Source of the DNA: Nocardioidaceae bacterium
Lineage (GTDB): Bacteria > Actinomycetota > Actinomycetes > Propionibacteriales > Nocardioidaceae
Length of the DNA stretch: 64,000 bases
Direction of reading: 5' to 3'
NCBI GenBank assembly: GCA_047605165.1
Contig: JASGGG010000006.1
Coordinates: 23 to 64,022 of the forward strand
The position numbers and the translations under genes are program-made. The first letter of the stretch is position 1; every line of letters starts with the position of its first letter. The notes under the pieces are model-generated. The model was given only the letters and a program-made list of their open reading frames with translations. It did no database searches and was not told where the DNA came from. This document shows positions 47,500-56,979 of the stretch, one piece after another.

Positions 47500-48510
47500 T
47501 CAGTGACCGCGGGGGCCGGTCTCCTCGTCTCGTCGCTCCGGTGTCTGGCGGCGGCCGACGACGAGGCTGGCGACGACGGTGACGGCCAGGATCACCACGA
47601 TCGCGGTCAGCGACCAGACGATGCTGATCTCGGGGGCACCGTGGATCGGGTGGCCGCCGTTGACGAACGGCAGCTCGTTGGTGTGCATGGCGTGCAGCAC
47701 CAGCTTGATGCCGATGAAGCCGAGCAGCACAGCCAGGCCGTAGGTGAGGAAGATCAGCCGCTCCAGCAGTCCGCCGATCAGGAAGTAGAGCTGGCGCAGG
47801 CCCATCAGCGCGAAGATGTTCGCGGTCAGCACCAGGTAGGCCTCCTGGGTGAGACCGAAGATCGCCGGGATGGAGTCGAGCGCGAAAAGCAGATCGGTGG
47901 TGCCGAGCCCGACGATCACCAGCAGCATCGGGGTGAACAGTCGCTTGCCGTTCACCCGCACCCACGCCTTGGAGCCGTGCCAGCCCTCGGTCATCGGCAG
48001 CTTGCCGCGCAGCCACCGCACCACCGGGCCTTCCTCGTACTCGTCCTCGTCCTCCGGCCCCTGCAAAGCCAGCTTGACCGCGGTGTAGACGAGGAACGCG
48101 CCGAAGATGTAGAAGACCCAGCTGAACTGCTCGATCGCCGTGGCGCCGATCGCGATGAAGATCGCCCGGAAGACCAGCGCGAGCACGATGCCGACCATGA
48201 GCGCCGACTGCTGCAGCTCCCGTGGCACGGCTAGGCGGCTCATGATGATGATGAAGATGAACAGGTTGTCGATCGACAGGGAGTACTCGGTCAGCCACCC
48301 GGCGAAGAACTCGGTGCCGTACTGGTGCCCGGCGAACACCCAGACCCCGATGCCGAACAGGATCGCGAGACCGATGTAGACCGACAAGGCGATCGAGACC
48401 TCGGCTCGGCTCGGCTCGCGGGGGCGCCGGGCGATCACGAACACGTCGAAGACGAGCACCGCGAGAGTGATGGCCAGGGTGACTACCCAGAGCCACGCGG
48501 GAACGTTCAT
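47500..48510 (-). CDS. TerC family integral membrane protein
   Basis: GWLTEYSLSIDNLFIF...TDLLFALDSIPAIF; polytopic. Confidence 0.88.
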   Translation of the reverse strand: MNVPAWLWVVTLAITLAVLVFDVFVIARRPREPSRAEVSIALSVYIGLAILFGIGVWVFAGHQYGTEFFAGWLTEYSLSIDNLFIFIIIMSRLAVPRELQQSALMVGIVLALVFRAIFIAIGATAIEQFSWVFYIFGAFLVYTAVKLALQGPEDEDEYEEGPVVRWLRGKLPMTEGWHGSKAWVRVNGKRLFTPMLLVIVGLGTTDLLFALDSIPAIFGLTQEAYLVLTANIFALMGLRQLYFLIGGLLERLIFLTYGLAVLLGFIGIKLVLHAMHTNELPFVNGGHPIHGAPEISIVWSLTAIVVILAVTVVASLVVGRRQTPERRDEETGPRGH

Positions 48511-48514
48511 GGAT

Positions 48515-48640
48515 CCTCCGGATCAGGCATCCGGAGGTCTCTTCCGCCGCAACCGAGACTGCGACCGACGGCGCCGGGTGGCTATCGAGCCACCGTGATG
48601 ACGACACCATCGCCGGGGAATACTCCCCTCCAAGCGGACA
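48515..48640 (-). promoter_or_regulatory. probable yybP-ykoY (Mn2+) riboswitch in the TerC leader
   Basis: On the minus strand, GGAGGGGAGUAU (48621-48632) pairs with ...GGAAGAGACCUCC (48533-48545), giving a P1 helix GGAGG/CCUCC. The 3' strand CCUCCGG can alternatively pair with the CCGGAGG RBS 5 nt before the ATG. Confidence 0.5.
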
Positions 48641-48813
48641 TGCTAGCGGATCGCGGGTGAGACCGTTGTCGCGACAACTGGCCCAGTGCATCGCAGGTCG
48701 TGCTTATGACACCTGTGAGCGCTTGGTCGCCAACTCCCCGGCGCGGTGCCTGTCGCTGCCGCGGCCGCGCGACTTCTTTCGGAGGACGCGGGGCTCGGGA
48801 ACGCTGAGAATGG

Positions 48814-49485
48814 TCACCGAATCGGTCGGGCCGACACGTCATCACCGTCGACGGTGAGCTGCCACTCAGCTCCGGGGCGTACGTGGGCGACGAGGGCCGG
48901 CTGGAGCACGGCGAGATTGGTGCCCCCGGGGTCGCGGACTGCGGGGTAACGCACTCCCCCGGCCTGGCGCGCCAGGAGGTCGGCGGCGAGCGCCTGGCCG
49001 GCGAGGTAGCTGTCGGGGTCGAGACAGCGATTGGACTTCGCCGAGCCGTCGGAGAGGTCGGCGAAGTCGTCGGCGTGGATGTCGCTGAGGAACTCGCGGT
49101 AGCTCACGACTTCGGAGGTGAGACCGATCTCGGCCAGCATCACCCGCCGGTGGAAACCCACCTCGGCGATCGCGGTCTCGACCTCGAGCGCGCAGTACCA
49201 GGCGCCGCGACGCCGGTCGTGGAATCGGGCGCCGGTGCCGGCATAGGCGAAGGAGGCGTTGACGATCTTGGAGTAAGGGACACCGAAGACCATGTCGGCC
49301 CGACCGAGGCCGCCGGGGTGTCGCTCCTCCTGCGCCTGCAGCCGCGCGTTGGTGGCGGCTGCCAGCTGGTTGAGAGCAGCCAAGTCGTCGGCGGTATCCG
49401 CTAGCGCCTGGAGCGAGGACTCGTCGGGGTCGGCGTAGGCGTCGGGGATCAGCCGGCTGGTGGCATCGTGGGCCACCGACACCAT
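48814..49485 (-). CDS. RES domain toxin (MbcT/ParT-like NAD+-targeting family)
   Basis: GARFHDRRRGAWYCALEVETAIAEV...VSYREF...GVRYPAVRDPGGTNLAVL shows R..E..S family features. It lies downstream of a DUF2384 gene. Confidence 0.8.
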   Translation of the reverse strand: MVSVAHDATSRLIPDAYADPDESSLQALADTADDLAALNQLAAATNARLQAQEERHPGGLGRADMVFGVPYSKIVNASFAYAGTGARFHDRRRGAWYCALEVETAIAEVGFHRRVMLAEIGLTSEVVSYREFLSDIHADDFADLSDGSAKSNRCLDPDSYLAGQALAADLLARQAGGVRYPAVRDPGGTNLAVLQPALVAHVRPGAEWQLTVDGDDVSARPIR

Positions 49486-49514
49486 CCGCGGCCAGCCCCG
49501 TGCTGGTCGATTGC

Positions 49515-49952
49515 TCACCGGCCGCCGCGGCGACCGTCGAGCAGGGCGCGCACCTCGACCATCGCGGGGATCCCGCCCTCGCGCATCACCTCGAGTGGCG
49601 TACGCCCGCCGAAGACCGGGTTGGTGTTGGGCAGTTGGATCCACATCCGGGCGATCTCGGCTGAGTGGATCGCCTGCAGCGCGGTGTGGATCCCCAGCAG
49701 CAGCGAGGCGCGCGTGAGCCGGTCCACACCGAGATCGCGCGGCGGCCGGTTGCGCCAGGCATGCCAGGTGCTGGCGGAGACGCCGCCGAGGAGATCCTGC
49801 ATCTGCTCGGCGGTGAGCTTCCACTGGGTGGCCAGTCGGTGCATCGCCGTGACGGCGGCTGGTGTGAGCCGCACCCGGGTTGCGTCCTCGCGGAGGTCGG
49901 GCCACTCGCCGATCTCGTACCGGGTGGCCGGTGCCCGCATCTTCACTAACAT
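49515..49952 (-). CDS. Xre-type/DUF2384 antitoxin (MbcA/ParS-like)
   Basis: LTAEQMQDLLGGVSASTWHAWRN...RASLLLGIHTALQAIH...WIQLPNTNPVFGGRTPLEVM. Confidence 0.8.
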   Translation of the reverse strand: MLVKMRAPATRYEIGEWPDLREDATRVRLTPAAVTAMHRLATQWKLTAEQMQDLLGGVSASTWHAWRNRPPRDLGVDRLTRASLLLGIHTALQAIHSAEIARMWIQLPNTNPVFGGRTPLEVMREGGIPAMVEVRALLDGRRGGR

Positions 49953-49999
49953 GGCGCCTCCGATCTTGGACTAAGCATACTCCAGAATCAGAGGACTGG

Positions 50000-52111
50000 C
50001 TATCGTACCCCGGCCTCGAGCATCTGCCGCAACTCCTTCTTGAGCTCGCCGATCTCGTCACGCAGCCGGGCCGCGACCTCGAACTGCAACGCGGCGGCCG
50101 CCGCGTGCATCTGGTCGGTGAGCTGGTGGACCAGGTCGGCCAGGTCCGTGGACGGCAATCCCGCGAGACCGGAGTCCACGCCGTCGGTCGACCGCAGCTT
50201 CGGGGTCGGGGAGCCTGCCCTCTTGGGGTCGAGGTGGGACCAGGTCGCGATCAGCGCCTCGGTGTTCTCGTCCTCGCGGGCGAGCATCTCGGTGATGTCG
50301 GCGATCTTCTTGCGCAGCGGCGTCGGGTCGATGCCGTTGGCCTCGTTGTAGGCAATCTGCTTGGCGCGCCGGCGATTGGTCTCGTCGATGGCCGCCTCCA
50401 TCGAGTCGGTGATGCGGTCGGCGTACATGACCACCTGGCCCGACACGTTGCGGGCAGCCCGGCCGATCGTCTGGATCAGCGACTTCTCCGAGCGCAGGAA
50501 GCCCTCCTTGTCGGCGTCCAGGATCGCGACCAGCGACACCTCGGGCAGGTCGAGGCCCTCACGGAGCAGGTTGATGCCGACGAGCACGTCGAAGGTGCCC
50601 AGCCGCAGGTCGCGCAGCAGCTCGATGCGTTTGAGTGTGTCCACCTCGGAGTGGAGGTACTGGGTGCGGATGCCGGCCTCGACGAGGTAGTCGGTGAGAT
50701 CCTCGGCCATCTTCTTGGTCAACGTCGTGACCAGGACTCGCTCGTTCTTCTCGGTGCGCTCCCGGATCTCACCGATCAGGTCGTCGATCTGGCCCTTGGT
50801 CTGCCGCACGATCACCTCGGGGTCGACCAAGCCCGTGGGCCGGATGATCTGCTCCACGGCGTGTTCGACGCCGCCGATCCGGTCGAGCTCGTAGTCACCG
50901 GGCGTCGCCGAGAGGTAGATCGTCTGGCCGATGCGTTCGAGGAACTCCTCCCAGCGCAGCGGCCGGTTGTCCATCGCGCTGGGCAATCGGAAGCCGTGGT
51001 CGACCAGGTTGCGCTTGCGCGACATGTCGCCTTCGTACATCCCGCCGATCTGCGGCACGGTCACATGCGACTCGTCGATGACCAGCAGGAAGTCCTCGGG
51101 GAAGTAGTCAAGCAGACAGTTGGGCGCCGAGCCCCGGCCGCGGCCGTCGATGTGCATCGAGTAGTTCTCGATGCCCGAGCAGCTACCGACCTGCCGCATC
51201 ATCTCGATGTCGTAGGTGGTGCGCATCCGCAGCCGCTGCGCCTCCAGCAGCTTGCCCTGCCGCTCGAACGTCGCGAGCTGCTCGGTGAGCTCCGCCTCGA
51301 TACCGGCGATCGCCCGCTCCATCCGCTCCGGTCCGGCGACGTAGTGGGTGGCGGGGAAGATGTAGAGCTCGTTGTCCTCGGTGACGACCTCGCCGGTGAC
51401 CGGGTGCAGCGTCATCAGCCGCTCCACCTCGTCGCCGAAGAACTCGATGCGGACCGCGTGCTCCTCGTACACCGGGAAGACCTCGAGCGTGTCGCCCCGG
51501 ACCCGGAACGTGCCACGCGTGAAGGAGAGGTCGTTACGGGCGTACTGGATCTCGACGAGCCGGCGCAGCAGCTGGTCGCGGTCGTGCTCCTCCCCGACCC
51601 GCAGCCGCACCATCCGGTCGACGTACTCCTGTGGCGTGCCGAGACCGTAGATGCAGGACACCGACGCGACCACCACCACGTCACGGCGGGTCAGCAGCGA
51701 GTTGGTGGCGGAATGCCGCAGCCGCTCCACCTCGTCGTTGATCGAGGAGTCCTTCTCGATGTAGGTATCGGTCTGCGGGATGTAGGCCTCAGGCTGGTAG
51801 TAGTCGTAGTAGGAGACGAAATACTCGACCGCGTTGTTGGGCAGCAGCTGCCGCAACTCGGTGGCGAACTGCGCGGCCAGGGTCTTGTTGGGCTGCATCA
51901 CCAGCGTCGGCCGCTGCAGCTGCTCGATCGCCCACGCGATCGACGCCGTCTTGCCGGTACCGGTCGCACCCAGCAGCACCACATCCTGCTCGCCGCTGTC
52001 GATCCGCTCGGCGATCTCCGCGATCGCGGCAGGCTGGTCGCCCGACGGCTGGTAGTCGGAGATGACCTCGAAGGGCGCGATGCGGCGAGCGAGATCGGTG
52101 ACAGGCCTCAT
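50000..52111 (-). CDS. uvrB: excinuclease ABC subunit B
   Basis: [12 protein letters not shown]...[10 protein letters not shown]...DESHVT...with a C-terminal UVR motif. Confidence 0.97.
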   Translation of the reverse strand: MRPVTDLARRIAPFEVISDYQPSGDQPAAIAEIAERIDSGEQDVVLLGATGTGKTASIAWAIEQLQRPTLVMQPNKTLAAQFATELRQLLPNNAVEYFVSYYDYYQPEAYIPQTDTYIEKDSSINDEVERLRHSATNSLLTRRDVVVVASVSCIYGLGTPQEYVDRMVRLRVGEEHDRDQLLRRLVEIQYARNDLSFTRGTFRVRGDTLEVFPVYEEHAVRIEFFGDEVERLMTLHPVTGEVVTEDNELYIFPATHYVAGPERMERAIAGIEAELTEQLATFERQGKLLEAQRLRMRTTYDIEMMRQVGSCSGIENYSMHIDGRGRGSAPNCLLDYFPEDFLLVIDESHVTVPQIGGMYEGDMSRKRNLVDHGFRLPSAMDNRPLRWEEFLERIGQTIYLSATPGDYELDRIGGVEHAVEQIIRPTGLVDPEVIVRQTKGQIDDLIGEIRERTEKNERVLVTTLTKKMAEDLTDYLVEAGIRTQYLHSEVDTLKRIELLRDLRLGTFDVLVGINLLREGLDLPEVSLVAILDADKEGFLRSEKSLIQTIGRAARNVSGQVVMYADRITDSMEAAIDETNRRRAKQIAYNEANGIDPTPLRKKIADITEMLAREDENTEALIATWSHLDPKRAGSPTPKLRSTDGVDSGLAGLPSTDLADLVHQLTDQMHAAAAALQFEVAARLRDEIGELKKELRQMLEAGVR

Positions 52112-52178
52112 GGCTTCGAGCCTACCGAGACACGGGGACAGTCCTGCCAGATCATCACCACCCCGTTAGGGTTCCTCC

Positions 52179-53417
52179 GTGACCAGTCCCCGAACGATCT
52201 CGAGCGTGGCGCGCCGCACGCTGCTCGGGTTCTTCGGTCTCCAGTTAATAGTCGCGCTCGCACTGACCCTGATCGACTCGTACCGCCGACGGGGCAAGAA
52301 GCCCAAGCCGTTCCCCGTCACGCCGCCCACCGAGACGACCGTCGGCGAGAGCGTCGTGACGGCGTACACCTATGGTCAGGACCTCTACGCGGACATGCTG
52401 GCGGCGATCGGCTCGGCACGCAGCCTGGTGCTGTTCGAGAGCTACATCTGGAAAGGCGACGAGACCGGCGAGCGGTTCAAGGCGGCTCTCAACGAGGCAG
52501 CAGCACGTGGCGTCGACGTTTACGTCGTCTACGACCGGTTCGCGAACCTGGTCGTCAGCCCGCGGTTCAAGCGGTTCGGCCCGCGGGTCAACGTGCTGGG
52601 CTATCCGGTGTACGGCGCGGGCTGGCGGTTCTTCGACCTGCGCCGGTACGGACGCGACCACCGCAAAATCCTCGTGGTCGACGACGAGGTCGCGTTCGCC
52701 GGCGGCTACAACATCGGCTCCGCGTACGCCACCCAATGGCGGGACACCCACGTGCGGATCACCGGTGCCGGGGTCTCCGACCTGCGCCGCGCGTTCGCCG
52801 ACTTCTGGAACCTCAACCGGAGGACCAGGCACGGTGCCCCGCTGCTGCTGGAGGCACCGTCGCACTGGGAGCCGACGATCCGGGTGCACCGCAACGTGCC
52901 GAGGCTGCTGATGTTCCCGATCCGGGCGATGTATCTGGAGGCCGTCAACAAGGCAAGCAAGAACATCTGGATGACCCATGCCTACTTCATTCCCGACGCC
53001 GACATGGCCGACGCGCTCGTCACGGCCGCGCGTCGCGGCGTCGACGTGCGGATCCTGCTTCCCGCGGTCTCCAACCACGTCGTCGCGGACTGGCTCTCGC
53101 GCGGCTACTACGGCGAGCTCCTCGCCGCCGGTGTGCGGATCCTGCGCTACCAGGACGCGATGATGCACGCCAAGACCGCCACCGTCGACGGCCAGTGGTC
53201 GACGATCGGCACCGCCAACCTCGACCGGCTCTCGCTGACCGGGAACTACGAGATCAACCTCGAGATCATCCACCCCGGCATGGCCGCCGAGATGGAGCGG
53301 ATCTTCCTTACCGACAGCACCAACGCCGCCGAGCTCACCGCCGAGCAGTGGGCGCGCCGCGGGATCCACAAGAAGTTCACCGAACTGCTGCTCGCGCCCT
53401 TGCGACCGCTGCTTTAG
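52179..53417 (+). CDS. cardiolipin synthase / phospholipase D family (two HKD motifs)
   Basis: HRKILVVDDEVAFAGGYN and HAKTATVDGQWSTIGTANLD. Confidence 0.85.
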   Translation: MTSPRTISSVARRTLLGFFGLQLIVALALTLIDSYRRRGKKPKPFPVTPPTETTVGESVVTAYTYGQDLYADMLAAIGSARSLVLFESYIWKGDETGERFKAALNEAAARGVDVYVVYDRFANLVVSPRFKRFGPRVNVLGYPVYGAGWRFFDLRRYGRDHRKILVVDDEVAFAGGYNIGSAYATQWRDTHVRITGAGVSDLRRAFADFWNLNRRTRHGAPLLLEAPSHWEPTIRVHRNVPRLLMFPIRAMYLEAVNKASKNIWMTHAYFIPDADMADALVTAARRGVDVRILLPAVSNHVVADWLSRGYYGELLAAGVRILRYQDAMMHAKTATVDGQWSTIGTANLDRLSLTGNYEINLEIIHPGMAAEMERIFLTDSTNAAELTAEQWARRGIHKKFTELLLAPLRPLL

Positions 53418-53660
53418 TGCACAGTGCCAAAGAACAGGCAGTAGCGCCGGATTCAGCCCGAAGGTGCCTTGTCAGCGCCGTACTTCCTGTTGATTGGCAT
53501 CGAGGCGTCTGCGACCGGGCAGCGGCAGCCACCGCCGTCGCGCCGCCTTCACGCCTGCCAGCCTATGGGGCCTCCGGCCTGGCCTGTAAGAGAAGTCCGC
53601 GACTTCGGCGCCTGGCGTCCGCTCGGCGTCTCCGTCGGTGGCGGCTGGCAGGCTGGGCGC

Positions 53661-55157
53661 ATGCTGCTGCGGGATCTCGTCGCCACGTCGCGGGCTGTCG
53701 CCGCGGCGCGGTCGCGGCTGGAGAAACGGCGACTACTCGCCGACGCGCTGCGGGCGGCTGATCCTGGCGAGATCGAGGTGGTGGCCGCGTTCCTCGCCGG
53801 TGCTCCTCGGCAGCGCCGGGTCGGGGTGGGCTGGCGCGGGCTCTCCTCGCTGCCCGAGCCTGCGTCGGTCGAGACGCTCACCGTCGTGGAGATCGACGCC
53901 GCGCTCGATGCATTGACCGACATCGGCGGCGTGGGCTCGATCGCGGTCCGCTCGGAGGCGGTCGAAGCGCTCTTCTCGCGGGTGACCGCCGACGAGCAGG
54001 AGTTCCTGCGCGCACTGATCTTCGAGAACCTGCGCCAAGGCGCGCTCGACTCGGTGCTGCTGGACGCGATCGCCGAAGCTGCCGAGGTTCCGATCACGGA
54101 GGTGCGCCGGGCCGCGATGTTCAGCGGACCGTCCGGTCCGGTCGCTGCCGCCGCCCTCGCCGGGGGCAGCGAGGCGCTGGCCGCGTTCCGACTGGAGATC
54201 GGCCGACCGGTCCGACCCATGCTCGCCTCCCCCGCCCCTTCCCTGGACGCGGCCATCGACGGCGTACGCGCGGAGGCCGGGGCTTTCGCCGTTGACGCCA
54301 AGCTCGACGGCATACGCGTCCAGATCCACCGGACCGGCGCCGACGTGTCCGTCTTCTCGCGCAGCCTCGACGATCTGACCGACCGCCTCCCGGGTGTGGT
54401 CGCGGCGGCGCGGTCGTTCGCGTCGGACCGGTTCGTGCTCGACGGCGAGGCACTCGCACTGGATGACGACGGCCGGGCGCGGATCTTCCAGGAGTCGGTG
54501 TCGATGCAGTTCCCGATGGTGCCGCGCTTCTTCGACCTTCTGCACGTCGACGGCGACGACCTGACCGAGGCGACCGCGGCCGAACGGTACGAACGCCTCA
54601 CCACCCTCGTACCCGCCGACCTGCTCGTAGAACGTCTCGTCACCGCCGACCCGGAGGAGGCAGCCGCCTTCAACATCGAGGTTCTGAAGCGAGGGAACGA
54701 GGGCGTGGTGGTCAAAGACCTGTCCTCGACCTATGCCGCCGGACGGCGCGGCTCGGCCTGGCTCAAAGTGAAACCAAGGCACACCCTGGACCTGGTCGTA
54801 CTCGCCGTCGAATGGGGCAGCGGCCGCCGGCACGGCACCTTGTCCAACATCCACCTCGGAGCCCGCGACGGCGACGGCTTCGTGATGCTGGGCAAGACCT
54901 TCAAGGGCATGACCGACCGGATGCTGGCCTGGCAGACCGAGCGCTTCCTCGAGTTGGAAACACGCCGCGACGGGCACGTCGTCTACGTCCGCCCCGAGCA
55001 GGTGGTCGAGATCGCCTTCGACGGAGTCCAGCGATCGACCCGCTATCCCGGCGGGGTGGCACTCCGCTTCGCGCGAGTGCTGCGCTACCGCGACGACAAG
55101 ACCGCGGACGAGGCCGACACGATCGAGACCGTGCGTGACACCGGGCGGCGGCGCTAG
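53661..55157 (+). CDS. ATP-dependent DNA ligase (LigB-like)
   Basis: The adenylation motif is AVDAKLDGIRVQIH (KxDG). Also EGVVVKD and WLKVK. ATG at 53661. Confidence 0.88.
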   Translation: MLLRDLVATSRAVAAARSRLEKRRLLADALRAADPGEIEVVAAFLAGAPRQRRVGVGWRGLSSLPEPASVETLTVVEIDAALDALTDIGGVGSIAVRSEAVEALFSRVTADEQEFLRALIFENLRQGALDSVLLDAIAEAAEVPITEVRRAAMFSGPSGPVAAAALAGGSEALAAFRLEIGRPVRPMLASPAPSLDAAIDGVRAEAGAFAVDAKLDGIRVQIHRTGADVSVFSRSLDDLTDRLPGVVAAARSFASDRFVLDGEALALDDDGRARIFQESVSMQFPMVPRFFDLLHVDGDDLTEATAAERYERLTTLVPADLLVERLVTADPEEAAAFNIEVLKRGNEGVVVKDLSSTYAAGRRGSAWLKVKPRHTLDLVVLAVEWGSGRRHGTLSNIHLGARDGDGFVMLGKTFKGMTDRMLAWQTERFLELETRRDGHVVYVRPEQVVEIAFDGVQRSTRYPGGVALRFARVLRYRDDKTADEADTIETVRDTGRRR

Positions 55158-56014
55158 CCGCGGGGCCGGATCAGCGCTTCTTGGGCGACGGACGCCGCGA
55201 GTGCACCGTCGCGGGTGAACAACTCACCGAAGATCAGGCCACGAGCACCCGAGGCCGAGGGCGACCTCTGGACATAGAGCAGCCACTCGTCGGCGCGGAA
55301 GGGACGGTGGAACCACACCGCGTGGTCCAGCGACGCGGCCTGCACCGAGGCCTCGAAGTCACCCTGGCGGTGCGGGATCAGCGATGTCCGGATCAGGGTG
55401 AGGTCGGACAGGTAGGTCAGCGCGGCCTGGTGCACCACCGGACTGTTCGGGAGCCTGCCGATGACCCTGACCCAGTACTGGGCCTTCGCGGGATGCTCGT
55501 CCGTGTCCGGCAGGTCGCCGGAGGTGGAGTCGCCTGCCCGGCGGAGCTCGAGGGCCGCCCAGTCCTTGCTCCACTGGTCCGCTCGCTCGCCGGCGGTAGC
55601 CCGTGCCAGCGCGCCCACATCGGGGCAATCCTCGGGCGGTGGCGCGGCAGGCATCTTGTCCTGGTGTTCGAATCCGGTCTCGTGCACCTGGAAGTTCGCG
55701 GTCAGCGCGAAGATCGGGTGACCGTGCTGGCGGGCCAGCACCCGGCGGGAGGAGAAGCTACGGCCGTCGCGCAGCGGATCGACGTCGTAGATGATCGGGA
55801 CTCTCGGGTCGCCCGGCCGCAGGAAGTATGCGTGCAGGGAGTGAATCGCCCGGTCGTCGGTGGTCGTGCGAGCAGCGGCTACCAGTGCCTGGGCGGCGAC
55901 CTGACCACCGAAAACCCGCTGCAGGGCGGTATCGGGCTGCTTGCCGCGGAACAGATTCAGGTCCAGCGGTTCGAGATCGAGGATCTCGGCCAGCTCGTCG
56001 GCATTGGTCGGCAT
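55154..56014 (-). CDS. tesB: acyl-CoA thioesterase II
   Basis: LDLEPLDLNLFRG...HSLHAYFLRPGD...double hotdog layout. Confidence 0.85.
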   Translation of the reverse strand: MPTNADELAEILDLEPLDLNLFRGKQPDTALQRVFGGQVAAQALVAAARTTTDDRAIHSLHAYFLRPGDPRVPIIYDVDPLRDGRSFSSRRVLARQHGHPIFALTANFQVHETGFEHQDKMPAAPPPEDCPDVGALARATAGERADQWSKDWAALELRRAGDSTSGDLPDTDEHPAKAQYWVRVIGRLPNSPVVHQAALTYLSDLTLIRTSLIPHRQGDFEASVQAASLDHAVWFHRPFRADEWLLYVQRSPSASGARGLIFGELFTRDGALAASVAQEALIRPRG

Positions 56015-56941
56015 CTACTGCTCCTCAGGCGTGTCGAGGCCGGCGAGGAAGCGCTCGAACTCGGCACCGATCTCCTCCGCGGTGGGCAGCTCCCGCTCGT
56101 GCGCGAGCGGCAGGGTCTCCTCGTCGGTCCGGAATGCGTCGTACTGCTGCTCCAGACCCAACACGACCTCGCGTACTTCCTCGGAATCGGCAACCTGGGC
56201 TGCGATGGCCTGACTCGCCGAGTCGGCCAGAAGTCGCAGGGACGCCAGTTCCCACTCGAGACCCGCGACGGCCCCGACCGACTCCAGCAGCCGCAGCGAT
56301 GCCTCGGGGTAGTCGAGGTTCGCGACGTAGTGCGGCACGTGAGCGACGAAGCCCATCGCGTGCTGGCCCCACTCCCCCAGCCGAAGCTCCAGCACCGACG
56401 CCGCGCTCGCGGGGATGCGGATCTCACCGCGCCACACGTTCTCCTGCACCAGCAGCGACGGATCGGTCGCATGGTTGGTGAGCATGATCGGCCGGGTATG
56501 CGGCACCGCCATCGGCACGGCGCCCAGCGCGACCGACAGGCGCACGCCGAGCTTCTCGACCACCGCGCGGAAGTCGCTGGCGAACGCCTCCCAGTGCGTG
56601 TCCGGCTCCGGGCCGTGCAGCAACAGGAACGGTGTCTCGTGGCGGTCGTGACAGAGGCGCACGAGCAGCCGCGGGGTGTCGTAGTCCCGATATGCATGCT
56701 CGGCGAAGGTCAGCGCGGGCCGCCGTGCCCGGTAGTCGTAGAACGCGTCGATGTCGAAGCTCGCAACCACGCGGCTGTTGCCCTGGGACAGCAGGTGGTC
56801 CACCGCGATCCGGGTGGCGTTGCCCGCGTCGAGGAAGCCGCTGAGTGCATAGACGAGCACCGGCCCGGAGTCGTGCGCGCGCAGTTCGCCGAGCTCGGGT
56901 ACGTCGTCGACGATGTGTACGAAACGAGGGGCGTTCGCCAT
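56015..56941 (-). CDS. PAC2 (proteasome assembly chaperone 2) family protein
   Basis: PVLVYALSGFLDAGNATR...GAVPMAVPHTRP. Confidence 0.75.
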   Translation of the reverse strand: MANAPRFVHIVDDVPELGELRAHDSGPVLVYALSGFLDAGNATRIAVDHLLSQGNSRVVASFDIDAFYDYRARRPALTFAEHAYRDYDTPRLLVRLCHDRHETPFLLLHGPEPDTHWEAFASDFRAVVEKLGVRLSVALGAVPMAVPHTRPIMLTNHATDPSLLVQENVWRGEIRIPASAASVLELRLGEWGQHAMGFVAHVPHYVANLDYPEASLRLLESVGAVAGLEWELASLRLLADSASQAIAAQVADSEEVREVVLGLEQQYDAFRTDEETLPLAHERELPTAEEIGAEFERFLAGLDTPEEQ

Positions 56942-56979
56942 GGGTCGAGCCTATCGGTGCCTGCTGCTCCGCCGCGGGA

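Noticed and set aside
49880-53761. 1293-aa + strand ORF
   Set aside because: It runs antisense through uvrB and out of frame through the cardiolipin synthase gene. It is a frame-shadow artefact.
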